A stretch of DNA of 64,000 bases from an uncultured bacterium. GTDB taxonomy: Bacteria; Omnitrophota; Omnitrophia; Omnitrophales; Aquincolibacteriaceae. Shown in pieces: positions 10,605 to 19,749 of the stretch. The notes beneath the pieces are model-generated. The model saw only the letters and a program-made list of their open reading frames with translations. It was not told the DNA's origin and ran no database searches. Made by a program: the position numbers and the translations under genes. Location: assembly GCA_964385615.1 (NCBI GenBank), contig CAYLPP010000007.1, positions 44,426-108,425 on the forward strand, read 5' to 3'. Position 1 is the stretch's first letter, and each line of letters opens with the position of its first letter.

Positions 10605-10902
10605 GGCTTAGATAATCCGATAAAGCCTTACGCGTAGATTCCACTTCAGAAGCACGTCGGTCCCGAGCGCTTTGTTCAAGCCTTAATCCGATCCGGCTTA
10701 GCTCCTCAAAGCCGTACCCCGCGCCGGCACCTTTGAGTTGATGCCCTAGGGTCTGGATCTTGCTAAATTCTTCCGCTTCCAGCCACTGCGCGATTAACGG
10801 GACCTCGTTTTTTCGTTTTTCAAGAAAAGACGGAATAAGATCCGCGAGGTCCTTGTCCGCTTTAACCAGAATTTTTCCCCCTCGAAGTTCTTCGTTCATC
10901 AC
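10573..10902 (-). CDS. Stand-alone Hpt (histidine phosphotransfer) protein
   Basis: 109 aa. CheA-P1/Hpt-type phospho-His motif GHQLKGAGAGYGF. Start overlaps the RR stop (ATGA); the 3' end overlaps the HK start, consistent with translational coupling. Confidence 0.6.
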   Translation of the reverse strand: MMNEELRGGKILVKADKDLADLIPSFLEKRKNEVPLIAQWLEAEEFSKIQTLGHQLKGAGAGYGFEELSRIGLRLEQSARDRRASEVESTRKALSDYLSRVEVIYDRAA

Positions 10903-11507
10903 GCGGCCTTTTTTATCATTTCGCTCAGACGGGCTTCAAAACGCCTGATAAAATCAATGAGTTGAGAATCCTTATAATCTTTTTCAAAGCAAGTATCCGC
11001 CCCCGCCGCCAGCATTCGCTCCACAGTCTCGCGCCCATACGCGGTCATTCCGATAATGGCAGTCGATTTAAATTTAGGATTAGACCGGATTTTCCGGCAA
11101 ATCTCTTCCCCGCTGATCCCCGGAAGACGCACATCCAGAAAAATAATATGAGGATTAAATTCATCGATTAAAAAACCAGCTGAGAAACCATCTCCGGCTT
11201 CGCGAATCTGAGATTGAGGGAAATGGCGCTGAAGTGTTACAAGCAGGATTTGACGCAGGTCAAAATCATCTTCCACGATCAGGATTTTTAAAAACGGGGC
11301 GGACGGCGCTGAGCTTTCTGTAAGTTCCGCGGATACCGGCATTCCCATTTTTTCCAACGCGAGTTTCAAATCTGAAACCGCGACACGGCTGTGCCCGCCC
11401 ATAGTCGCTGAAGCCTTAATCAGGCCGTCACGGATCCACCGCAAAATCGTTCCTCTGGAAACCTGGCAAATAACAGCCGCCTCTGAGGTCGTTAGGTAGT
11501 TTTTCAT
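10899..11507 (-). CDS. Response regulator with N-terminal excisionase/MerR-type HTH and C-terminal receiver domain
   Basis: 202 aa. N-terminus LTTSEAAVICQVSRGTILRWIRDGLIKA… (HTH_17-like). Receiver KILIVEDDFDLRQ…IIFLDVRLPGISGEEI…GMTAYG with conserved Asp. Confidence 0.7.
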   Translation of the reverse strand: MKNYLTTSEAAVICQVSRGTILRWIRDGLIKASATMGGHSRVAVSDLKLALEKMGMPVSAELTESSAPSAPFLKILIVEDDFDLRQILLVTLQRHFPQSQIREAGDGFSAGFLIDEFNPHIIFLDVRLPGISGEEICRKIRSNPKFKSTAIIGMTAYGRETVERMLAAGADTCFEKDYKDSQLIDFIRRFEARLSEMIKKAA

Positions 11508-11635
11508 CTATTTAAAAGTTAACACATTCAGTTCAATTTACAAATTTGGTGCAATTGGGGCATTTGGAGCGCTTTTAAAGAAAAGAAAACGGGCAGAGTA
11601 CGGGCGCGGAATGAAACTGAAATTGAAAGCGAAGA
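11508..11635. promoter_or_regulatory. 128-bp spacer between the 2,650-aa gene stop and the response-regulator start (candidate promoter of the phosphorelay operon)
   Basis: AT-rich stretch (tttaaaagttaacacattcagttcaatttacaaatttggtgcaattgg). No convincing intrinsic terminator hairpin. Confidence 0.25.
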
Positions 11636-14600
11636 TTAAGCGGACTGAGCCGCGCGGATTTCGGAGCGGTATTCTGTCGTCAGTTTTTTGACCAGATTCA
11701 GGAAGATAGCCAGATGTTTTTCGTCAAGAACCACGATCCGGCTTCCGTCCTGACGCACTTCAGGAAGCTGATTAACAAGACTGGTCGCCAGAAAACGAAC
11801 CATAAGAGGAAGGAATTGCGATTCCCCAACCACATTCACAAAATTTTCCTGAGCCTGAACAACGGTGTCCCCTTGTTCCCCGCCATTCTTAACGGCCAAG
11901 CGGGTTCCAACCAGAGTTTTCCGCGCATCGGGAGAAAAATTAACTTTAGACAATCGGTTTAAATCCACAGGCTGATCATTACGTGAACCTAAAGTAGCAA
12001 AAATCATCCGCATCAGCCCCGGAAGTTCTTTCGCGAAACCCATGGTTGTCTTTTCGCCCGGAGTCCCCACCGCGTAAGCTACCGCAATCGGATGCTCAGC
12101 CTCAAGGAGAACCTTCATGTAGTCCTCGTTGGCAAATGAAGCGTCAAGAACGTAACTGGTTTTACTATCCGGAGTAGCGCTCGCGAATAAATTCGCGGGC
12201 ATTTGAACGCCGTCAATCACAAGAGTACCTTTATTGGCCGTAAGAAGAGCCTGGTAACGGGTTTCAAGCTCCTTCTGATCAAGCGCGATAAATTGGGTCT
12301 GAGCTTCGGAATCGATCTGGATATTCTGCGCGGCCTGAGCCTGCTGAAGATTATAGCCAAGAATCACAGAGTTAATCACATACCGCTGAAGCTGGGCGGA
12401 AAATTTCTCCTGAAGACTTGAAGCAAAAGCCTGGCGAACTTGTTCATCGCTAAAAACCTGTTCCGCGAATGCGGATGTTAACCGGCCGATTTCCGCTTCA
12501 AATTCAGGGCTTAAAATAACCGCCGAAAGATTCTGCCCTTTTTCAACAGCCGTCCGAAGATAAGCAGAAATTCCATTTCGAATCTGTTCCTGCGCGGGTT
12601 TAATAACCGAGTCACGGCGCTGGGCTGAAATCGCGTCAAAAACCTGGCTGATTTGATTAAGGTCAGCATCACCGGAGAATTGACTCAACACCTGATTCGC
12701 GATATCCGCGATGGGGGCCAACGCGTCAATTCCCGTCGGCTGTTGAGCTGTTTCAAGAGGCGCAGTCACCGCGGCTTCCCTTTCCTGCGCCGTCGTCACA
12801 CTGATAACCGGAGCGACCGCGATAGGGGCTTCGGCAAGACGGACTTCAGACCGCGCGGGATACGCGGCGTTAAGTTTATCCAGATACTGCTGGCTTCTAT
12901 CTTTAAGATTGTTCTCTCCTAAAAATCCTGCCGGCGCGGAAGTTTCGATCCGCGCGTAAACCCGAACCGCTTCCTCGAAAAGTTTACGCGCTAAATCAAT
13001 AGTCGAAGCACTGCGTCCGGAAAGAACCGGCTTCAGATTATTTCCGTCACGCTCCACACCCGGTTGATTATTCAGAACCATCTGACTCGCCCAATCATAC
13101 AATTGATCCGCGATTTTCAGCTGAGCGTCCCAAGTGCCGGCCAAATTACTGTTGGGAGAAGTCAAACTTTGGAGAACAGGTTCTAAAGAACCCGCCGCGG
13201 TCCGGTTGAGCGATGGATTGTCCGATAGCGTAACCAGCCCTCCGGCAACATTTAAAACGGAATCTAAATTTAAAATCCCTACATCCCCGGTATTCCCAAC
13301 GCTGATCAGAGGAGCCGTAACCCGTTTCGCGGGCATTTGCAGCGGATCACTCGGCGTTATAGTGCGGACCACACCTTTAAACAGCTGATCACGCACCGAA
13401 ATCACAGGGGCGTATTGAGTCCCCACTTTAGCCAGGTACTGCTCACTGCGGGCCTGCAAATTATTATCGCCCAGGAAACCCGGTGAAATCGAGTTAATAA
13501 TCCCATAAGCCTGGACCGCGTTTGAAAAAAGGGTAAGCCCTAAATTTAGAATTTCGGATGGAAGATTTGGCTGAACCGCTTTCAGCCCGGAAGAATCGCG
13601 CGGAGCGTTATCATTAAGGAGCAGTGAGCCGGCTAAATCGTAAAGTCCATCCGCGGCTTTTAAAATGGCGGGCAATCCGCCGGCATAAGAACTGTTCGCG
13701 TCCAAAAGATCACTCACGATCACCGAAATATAACCTAAAGCCGAGCTCCTCACTTTCGCCACCCTTGCGGCATCGCCTTCAATATTGCCGGATTCCGCCG
13801 CGCGGGCAATAACAGCAAAATCCTTGAGCGCGAGAAGAATGACGTCAACATCTCCTATTTGAGTGGGAGCGCGCAAAGTCTTGGTGCCCGTTTTTCTAAC
13901 CGCGTGGTCGCGGGATGGATCAATCTGGCCAATCACCCCGCCATAAGAATTTTTTTCATAAACACGTTTAACGGCACTCGAAAGGAGTGATTCGGCGTTT
14001 TGAATTGAAACGCGTGTCTCTGAACGCGCGGCAACCGCGGTCAAATCCGCGCGAGTCTGAATGTTCTCTTGAGATTCAGGCTCGATTCTGATTTCCGCGC
14101 GGGCAGAGGCGGGATAGGCCGTTCGAATGGCAGCCGCGTATCCTTTAGCCTTTTCGAAAGCGCCGTAACCGGGCTGTCCCCGCTGCAGTTCAGCTCCGAG
14201 AGTAAAATCAAGACGGGCGATCTGATCAAAAAGATCCAAGGCAAAATCAACTCGATCCGCGGGTAGATTCGCCAAAACAACCCGGTTTTGATTCGCGTCG
14301 CGCGCTGTCGCGTCAAACATAAGCCGCAGAGCAAGATTATAGGAAGCCAGCACCGCTATTCCCTGACGCGGTACATTCGCAGGGTCCGTTAAAAGAAGTT
14401 CTTGAACTCCGCCAAAAAGATTCGTAAACGCATTACGCACCTGCGCCAACAGAGCGTCGGGAGAAAACCCGCGGGCCCGCAAATTTTCAAGCGCGACAAT
14501 CTGATTGATTAAATCGATGGATAAAATTCTTATTTCATCTGCTGAGAGAGCGCTGTATGAACCTCTCGCTCTACCGGCCTCAAGTGCCGTAAGGCGAGGA

Positions 14601-17600
14601 AGAATCCGCTGAAACCCATCATGAGCCGTAAGGAATTCTGCCGGAATAGCCAGAAAATCTCCCGCGGCATCTTCTCTTCCCGTTCTCACTTCAGACCGAG
14701 CAGCAGCCGCGGCGGCTGTATCCGACAGCTGAACAACGGAGATTTGTTTAACTTTCGCGCGCTTAAGCTCATTAAGAATCCGGGCAACATCCTTAATCAC
14801 CGCGAATCCGCGTTTATCTTTTTTAGGGTAATAAACCCGGCCATTCGCAACGATCGCGACTGTCTTTTTAAGCTCAGCCTCACTCTTCTTACTCATTGCC
14901 GGCAATTTAACATCCGTTTCATTCTCGACAACAGCGTTTAAGGCATTCAGCCTGATCTTCCCCCAGAGCACATACGTGACCCAGTCATCAAATGTAATAC
15001 CCGTTCCTTTTAATACCCCCCAACGAAGAACAGCGGCTGAGACCCCGATACCCGTCAAAAATGCCCCCAGCAAAACTAGAGCTGGTTTCAACAGAACGGT
15101 GGCACCCAACAAGCCAATAACCGTCAGGGTCAAACCCACCGCTAAAAGCACTAGTGAAAACAGCGAAACATATTTCACTAACACCGCGTAACCTGTATCC
15201 AGACTTTCCATGTAATCGTTCGCCGCCCGCAAAGAAACTCGGGCAAGCTTACGGTAAGTCGTTTCTTTCGCCGCTAAATCCTTCAATTGACGCGTGTCTC
15301 TCAGGATCGTTCCCTTCTGATCGGCTTTAAGATCAAGCGTGGTTTTCTCCGCGGACTCCAGCACACTCTTACGGAACGGAAGAGTCGCGAAGAACAGTTC
15401 AGAAAATGAATAAGGTGAATCCCCTTTGCGGAATTCAAAAACAATCATCATCGCCGGAACAGGCAAAAGAACCGCGGCGATAAGCAGTGCGACCGGAAAA
15501 ACCAGAGTCCAACCAAATAAAAACGCAGCGGCCAGATAAAGCGCGGAAAGCGCGAGAATCGCCAATGAAAGCCCCCGGGCGATCCAAACACCGGTTTTCT
15601 CATCCAGCTCAGTAAGATTCGCAAGGGTCGTTTTCTTTACCAGAGCGTCTTCCGCTTCGCTGGTTTCGTGATCCAGAATATGCCGGCCCCGATTCGCGAG
15701 TGCCCGTCCATTCACTCCGCCAAACTCGTCAGCGTCGCGGGTGTCCCGGCTAAAGCGGGCAGCGTCGGCGTTCGCTTTCGCGCGGTTAGTCTTTATCATG
15801 TCCTGGAGATAATTCGCCCAAATACCAAGTTTTGTTAATTTTTCAACATCCTCCGCATGCGAAGCCGGTAAATCGGCCCGATCAACCCCGGCGGCAGCTC
15901 TTTGAAGATGATGCCGCAGCGCTTCAACCGCGAACTGAAGACGCTCAACCCGGTCAAGCGTAATCTGGAGCGACCACTGAGCGTCATTCACATCCATCCC
16001 TTCACCATCCGCTCCGTAATCAATAAAAATATCCTGAACGTCGCTTTTCAGAGTTTCGTAATGAGTGGTCAGCACCGCCATAAGCGCGTCAAAGTTTCCA
16101 TTTTTTATGGCAGTATAAATTTCAAGCGGAGAAATCGGCTTTACGCTGGTTTTGGTTTTCTTGGTACGGGCTTCGGCGATCGCGGCTTTATTAGCCGCCG
16201 CCTGTTTCTCTTTAGCTTTAAGCGCCTTAATCAGGGCTTGGGTCGCGGCAGCAACATCACGGTCCCTTCCTTCACTTTCATTGGGAAACCTTGTGTCCGG
16301 TGAGGAAAAAGCCGGAAAAACGCCTTCCTGATAGGATTGAGCCGTGAAATGATCGTTCCCATATCCGGTACCGTCAACGCCGTCTAATTCTTCGGGAGTA
16401 TAAACCATTCCATCAACTTGAACGGGCGGCGCCGGCGCCGGCTCCCCAAACCCCGCTGATGAACGGGTTAATTCCCGATGGCGGAGGCGAAGCGCGTCAG
16501 TATTCATGGGCCTTGAAACCCCCGCGCGTATAATTTTCCGGGCTTGCGGATCTTGAAATAAAAGTTTGGCTTTTTCCGATCTTGAGCTCGTATCTCCAAT
16601 CGCCTTAGCGGCCTCAGTGACCAAGGTCAATAACTCAACCTGAAGATCATCCAGTTTGTCTTCGATACGCCCCAATTCTTTTTCCAGAGCTTTCTGCGAC
16701 TTTGGATTCGTAAAAAGGGCCGTGAGGTGCTCTTCCAGCGGAATCCGCTCCGGTCTGCCTTTCACGGGGATCCACGCGATCTTTCGATACTCCGGTGAAA
16801 CGTCGAGCAAATTATTATAAATCCCGAGAATTCTGCGGAGCTTGGATTTTAACGGCAAAGGGGTCGATTTCGCATCGAGCAACTCCTGAAGTTTTTGCTG
16901 AATCGCGTTCCCTTTAGGTTTCGCGGGCGCTTTTTTAGGAACTTTCGTCCCTCCGGCAGCGCTGGTTCCGCTCAATGGCGGAGGAGCGCCTCGAAAAGGA
17001 GGGGGCAAAACAGGTTCCGGCAGGTCCGGTAAATCGGACGGTGTGTCTCCCATTGAGCTTCCAACCGGCGTTTCCGCTCCGGTTAAATCCGGTTCAATAA
17101 CCGGCGCGGCTGTTAATTTCGCGGCACCTGTTTTAATTTTAGAAATAGCTGCTTTTAATTTTTTCGCTACGTCCGCAAAATGGTTGATTTTCCCAGTATC
17201 GGTTTTCCTACTAGCCCATCCCGAAATCACTTCATCCTCTTTAACATCAACAGCCCTAATGTTTGATAAATACTCGATATTCCCCTGAATCGCAGTCAAA
17301 GCGCCTATAAATCCAGACAGCGTTCCTTGGGTATTTAGACTATCTAAGGTTAATGCTGCGGGATCTATTTTTGAGAACTCGCGGTTCCCTTTTCCCAAAA
17401 TCCGGTCAAGAAAATTTGTAATAACAGCACTTGGCCCCCGAACAGCAACCACATCGCTGTTGTTCTTCGTTTTATCACCTGTCGTATACGCTTTTAGCAG
17501 TTTTTCGAGCGCGATAATCTCAACCATCACCTCACGGATGGCCATATCCCCGGCAACGATATCAAGACCCGGACGGGGAGCCGTGATCGCCCGGACTTCA

Positions 17601-19591
17601 GAACGGCTGGGGGTGAAAAGAGCCACGGTTCCGTCAGGACTTAATGAAGGAGGGATAGCGACCGCGGACGGCTGACCGGAAGAAACCCGCGCGTAGAGAT
17701 CTTTAATCTGAGGGAGATTCAGCTTTCCTCCGCTGGCCAATTCTTTAAAACCGCTCAAAAAAGCCTGGGATTTAATCTGAAATTTTTCAACCAGATCCGC
17801 GAGGGTTTCCTGGTTGAGTTTCTCGACTTCGTCATTGACCCCTTTAAGAATTTCGTCGTCATTTTTAACCGCGGCGTTAAAACCAAACCGGTCGGCGTAG
17901 TACCGGAAAAGCTGATCAATATACTTGGTATATTCTCCGCTCTTCTCGATCCTCCCCTGATTTGAAAGCTCGCGGATGACATCATCGCGCCAGGTCTTGA
18001 TATTCCGGCGGAAATCCGGCTCGCTCATTTCGCTGACCATTTTCAGCGAAGCGTCCTTCACGAAAGCGTCATAAAGGGTCGTTTTAAGGAACCGTTTGTA
18101 GGACAAATCCCCTTTCATCACGGGCGCGTAATTTTCGTGGCCTTCCAGGGAGTTCATTTTCGGCATGATCACCGCGTAGGAATAATGGCGCTCTCTCAAA
18201 CGCTGTTCAAAACCTTCCGCGTGAAAACCGCCGGTCAGCACGATCACACCCTTGGTTTTTTCCCGGTCCATAACCTTTTCGATCCGATCAAGGAAAACCG
18301 AGTCACGCTCCATCGCCAGTTTGTAAAACTTAAGAGCCGGCGCTAAATCCGGAAAGACACTTCCCGCGAGACTCTGAAAAGACGCTTCGTCGGCGCTGTA
18401 TTCATTAAACTGTTCACGAGTCCATTCGAGGCGCGTCAGGTCGGTTAAAACCCTCAACCGGTGATAGCGGACTGAAAGGTCTTTTTGTTCCGGGGTTTTG
18501 GCAAATTCATTTTCATAATCCGTCAAAAGCGTTTCAAGTTCTTCAAAAAGCTTGGTGCCTTTTATCATGCCGAGAGTTTCCGTCTGGCCAAGCAGTTCGC
18601 GAAGCCTGGGGGTAAGCTTGGGAGTGATATTAATTTTCTTTCCGGAATCGACCAGGTATTTCAGGAAAGTTCCCGCGTCAATCTGCCCGGTCACAAAGGT
18701 CTGATATTTCTCGTTAAATTCTTTCATATCACCGGAGGTCAGTTTGCCTTCGATCTTGGTCTTCAGGTGGTCAGCCATCCGGCGGAGCGTGACTTCAATA
18801 TTTTCATCCTGGAGCCGGTCTTCGGAAACCGCCGCTTTAAACACCGGGAAGAGATGAGGGAAACGGTTTTCAGTCAGCCGGGAACCTTGGGGGTCAAGAG
18901 TCTGAAGGAACTTCATTAGTTTAAAGAGATCCAGCTTCTCATCACGGAAAGCGGTGACTTTTTCATGAAAAGCATTAAATTCCGGCGAATAGACCGACTT
19001 CCGCTCGCGGTCAAAACCATCGCTCATTCCCTGAAAAGCCTTCAGAAGTTTTTCTTCCAAAGCGTCCGCCTGAAGGTAAGCGTCGTGATTTTCCTGATAC
19101 AGCCCCCACTGCTCCAGGCCGACATAGGTGGCCGGCATGGGGCTGAAAATCGCGGCCATTTCAGAACCGCTCAACTCCCCTTTCGCGGCGTATTCCGCGA
19201 GCACTTTCTTTTTAACGAATTCATCCGGGAAAGTTTTAAAAAGAAGCGGATCAAGATTGCTTTGCGTGCCTTCCACAGCGACAAAGCGGATGTTGAACTG
19301 CTGTTGAAAAAACTCGATCAGGGCCTGCATATTTTTCTGAGCGTCAACAATGGCGTGCGCGTCCTGAATATAAATGACAAAACGGTCGGAAGAATCCGAA
19401 TGAGAAAATTCCTGAAGGGTTCCGAGTTCCGCGGGAAAAGTCATCTTGTCGGGAATTCGGACTTCGGTGGACGTTAAATTAGAAGGACGGGCAACAGTAA
19501 CGGCGGGCTCAGCGGACACCGTTGATCCGGAAAAGCAGACCAACGTCGCCAGCGCGATTGACTTGAAATATAAGTTTTTTTTGATCTCCAT
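11636..19591 (-). CDS. Giant secreted/membrane protein of unknown function (~2,650 aa): signal peptide, TraB/GumN-like N-domain, Pro-rich linker, 4 TM helices, duplicated C-terminal module
   Basis: ORF track 11636..19606 uses a GTG start. The ATG at 19591 gives a classic Sec signal peptide MEIKKNLYFKSIALATLVCFSGSTVSA|EP. No in-frame stop for about 8 kb. Protein-like features are listed in separate entries below. Confidence 0.8.
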   Translation of the reverse strand: MEIKKNLYFKSIALATLVCFSGSTVSAEPAVTVARPSNLTSTEVRIPDKMTFPAELGTLQEFSHSDSSDRFVIYIQDAHAIVDAQKNMQALIEFFQQQFNIRFVAVEGTQSNLDPLLFKTFPDEFVKKKVLAEYAAKGELSGSEMAAIFSPMPATYVGLEQWGLYQENHDAYLQADALEEKLLKAFQGMSDGFDRERKSVYSPEFNAFHEKVTAFRDEKLDLFKLMKFLQTLDPQGSRLTENRFPHLFPVFKAAVSEDRLQDENIEVTLRRMADHLKTKIEGKLTSGDMKEFNEKYQTFVTGQIDAGTFLKYLVDSGKKINITPKLTPRLRELLGQTETLGMIKGTKLFEELETLLTDYENEFAKTPEQKDLSVRYHRLRVLTDLTRLEWTREQFNEYSADEASFQSLAGSVFPDLAPALKFYKLAMERDSVFLDRIEKVMDREKTKGVIVLTGGFHAEGFEQRLRERHYSYAVIMPKMNSLEGHENYAPVMKGDLSYKRFLKTTLYDAFVKDASLKMVSEMSEPDFRRNIKTWRDDVIRELSNQGRIEKSGEYTKYIDQLFRYYADRFGFNAAVKNDDEILKGVNDEVEKLNQETLADLVEKFQIKSQAFLSGFKELASGGKLNLPQIKDLYARVSSGQPSAVAIPPSLSPDGTVALFTPSRSEVRAITAPRPGLDIVAGDMAIREVMVEIIALEKLLKAYTTGDKTKNNSDVVAVRGPSAVITNFLDRILGKGNREFSKIDPAALTLDSLNTQGTLSGFIGALTAIQGNIEYLSNIRAVDVKEDEVISGWASRKTDTGKINHFADVAKKLKAAISKIKTGAAKLTAAPVIEPDLTGAETPVGSSMGDTPSDLPDLPEPVLPPPFRGAPPPLSGTSAAGGTKVPKKAPAKPKGNAIQQKLQELLDAKSTPLPLKSKLRRILGIYNNLLDVSPEYRKIAWIPVKGRPERIPLEEHLTALFTNPKSQKALEKELGRIEDKLDDLQVELLTLVTEAAKAIGDTSSRSEKAKLLFQDPQARKIIRAGVSRPMNTDALRLRHRELTRSSAGFGEPAPAPPVQVDGMVYTPEELDGVDGTGYGNDHFTAQSYQEGVFPAFSSPDTRFPNESEGRDRDVAAATQALIKALKAKEKQAAANKAAIAEARTKKTKTSVKPISPLEIYTAIKNGNFDALMAVLTTHYETLKSDVQDIFIDYGADGEGMDVNDAQWSLQITLDRVERLQFAVEALRHHLQRAAAGVDRADLPASHAEDVEKLTKLGIWANYLQDMIKTNRAKANADAARFSRDTRDADEFGGVNGRALANRGRHILDHETSEAEDALVKKTTLANLTELDEKTGVWIARGLSLAILALSALYLAAAFLFGWTLVFPVALLIAAVLLPVPAMMIVFEFRKGDSPYSFSELFFATLPFRKSVLESAEKTTLDLKADQKGTILRDTRQLKDLAAKETTYRKLARVSLRAANDYMESLDTGYAVLVKYVSLFSLVLLAVGLTLTVIGLLGATVLLKPALVLLGAFLTGIGVSAAVLRWGVLKGTGITFDDWVTYVLWGKIRLNALNAVVENETDVKLPAMSKKSEAELKKTVAIVANGRVYYPKKDKRGFAVIKDVARILNELKRAKVKQISVVQLSDTAAAAAARSEVRTGREDAAGDFLAIPAEFLTAHDGFQRILPRLTALEAGRARGSYSALSADEIRILSIDLINQIVALENLRARGFSPDALLAQVRNAFTNLFGGVQELLLTDPANVPRQGIAVLASYNLALRLMFDATARDANQNRVVLANLPADRVDFALDLFDQIARLDFTLGAELQRGQPGYGAFEKAKGYAAAIRTAYPASARAEIRIEPESQENIQTRADLTAVAARSETRVSIQNAESLLSSAVKRVYEKNSYGGVIGQIDPSRDHAVRKTGTKTLRAPTQIGDVDVILLALKDFAVIARAAESGNIEGDAARVAKVRSSALGYISVIVSDLLDANSSYAGGLPAILKAADGLYDLAGSLLLNDNAPRDSSGLKAVQPNLPSEILNLGLTLFSNAVQAYGIINSISPGFLGDNNLQARSEQYLAKVGTQYAPVISVRDQLFKGVVRTITPSDPLQMPAKRVTAPLISVGNTGDVGILNLDSVLNVAGGLVTLSDNPSLNRTAAGSLEPVLQSLTSPNSNLAGTWDAQLKIADQLYDWASQMVLNNQPGVERDGNNLKPVLSGRSASTIDLARKLFEEAVRVYARIETSAPAGFLGENNLKDRSQQYLDKLNAAYPARSEVRLAEAPIAVAPVISVTTAQEREAAVTAPLETAQQPTGIDALAPIADIANQVLSQFSGDADLNQISQVFDAISAQRRDSVIKPAQEQIRNGISAYLRTAVEKGQNLSAVILSPEFEAEIGRLTSAFAEQVFSDEQVRQAFASSLQEKFSAQLQRYVINSVILGYNLQQAQAAQNIQIDSEAQTQFIALDQKELETRYQALLTANKGTLVIDGVQMPANLFASATPDSKTSYVLDASFANEDYMKVLLEAEHPIAVAYAVGTPGEKTTMGFAKELPGLMRMIFATLGSRNDQPVDLNRLSKVNFSPDARKTLVGTRLAVKNGGEQGDTVVQAQENFVNVVGESQFLPLMVRFLATSLVNQLPEVRQDGSRIVVLDEKHLAIFLNLVKKLTTEYRSEIRAAQSA
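12780..13710 (-). repeat. Internal tandem duplication (~185-aa module x2) in the C-terminal part of the 2,650-aa protein
   Basis: Copy 1 …SSYAGGLPAILKAADGLYDLAGSLLLNDNAPRDSSGLKAVQPNLPSEILNLGLTLFSNAVQAYGIINSISPGFLGDNNLQARSEQYLAKVGTQYAP…. Copy 2 …NSNLAGTWDAQLKIADQLYDWASQMVLNNQPGVERDGNNLKPVLSGRSASTIDLARKLFEEAVRVYARIETSAPAGFLGENNLKDRSQQYLDKLNAAYP…. Confidence 0.75.
15000..15600 (-). other. Two TM hairpins (4 helices) in the middle of the 2,650-aa protein
   Basis: GVWIARGLSLAILALSALYLAAAFLFGWTLVFPVALLIAAVLLPVPAMMIVFEF (15430-15600) and VSLFSLVLLAVGLTLTVIGLLGATVLLKPALVLLGAFLTGIGVSAAVL (15010-15180). Confidence 0.7.
18150..19400 (-). other. TraB/GumN/Tiki-like domain candidate at the N-terminus of the 2,650-aa protein
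   Basis: After the signal peptide: …RFVIYIQDAHAIVDAQKNMQALIEFFQQQFNIRFVAVEGTQ…. About 380 aa later: …KGVIVLTGGFHAEGF…. This gives an early (D/E)…H / VEG block and a late G-G-x-H block, which is the general layout of TraB/PrgY/GumN-family domains. Confidence 0.3.
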
Positions 19592-19749
19592 AGAATCGCC
19601 GTCCACAGCCCTTTATTAAAGGCTTTTATAAAGGTGACTCTAGAAGTATAGCACCCTCTATAGGAATTTTCTAATGACAGGTAGGGCTGTGGAAGGAATG
19701 CTAGTTCTTACTAGAGAATGCTACTTTCCCCTAGGGAGCAATACCAGGC
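19592..19749. promoter_or_regulatory. Palindrome-rich, AT-richer spacer between the two giant genes (candidate promoter/RNA structure)
   Basis: An 11-bp perfect inverted repeat, tccacagccct (19602-19612) / agggctgtgga (19683-19693). Smaller palindromes tatag-N6-ctata (19647-19663), ctagt-N4-actag (19701-19714) and ccctaggg (19729-19736). On the coding strand, TAGAAA-N17-TATACT precedes the RBS region. No U-tract after the giant-gene stop. Confidence 0.3.

Noticed and set aside
11508-11635. Intrinsic terminator after the 2,650-aa gene (cgggcagagtacgggcg followed by a U-rich run on the transcript)
   Set aside because: The two cgggc elements are direct repeats, not inverted repeats. No stable hairpin precedes the U-rich tract, so no terminator is called.
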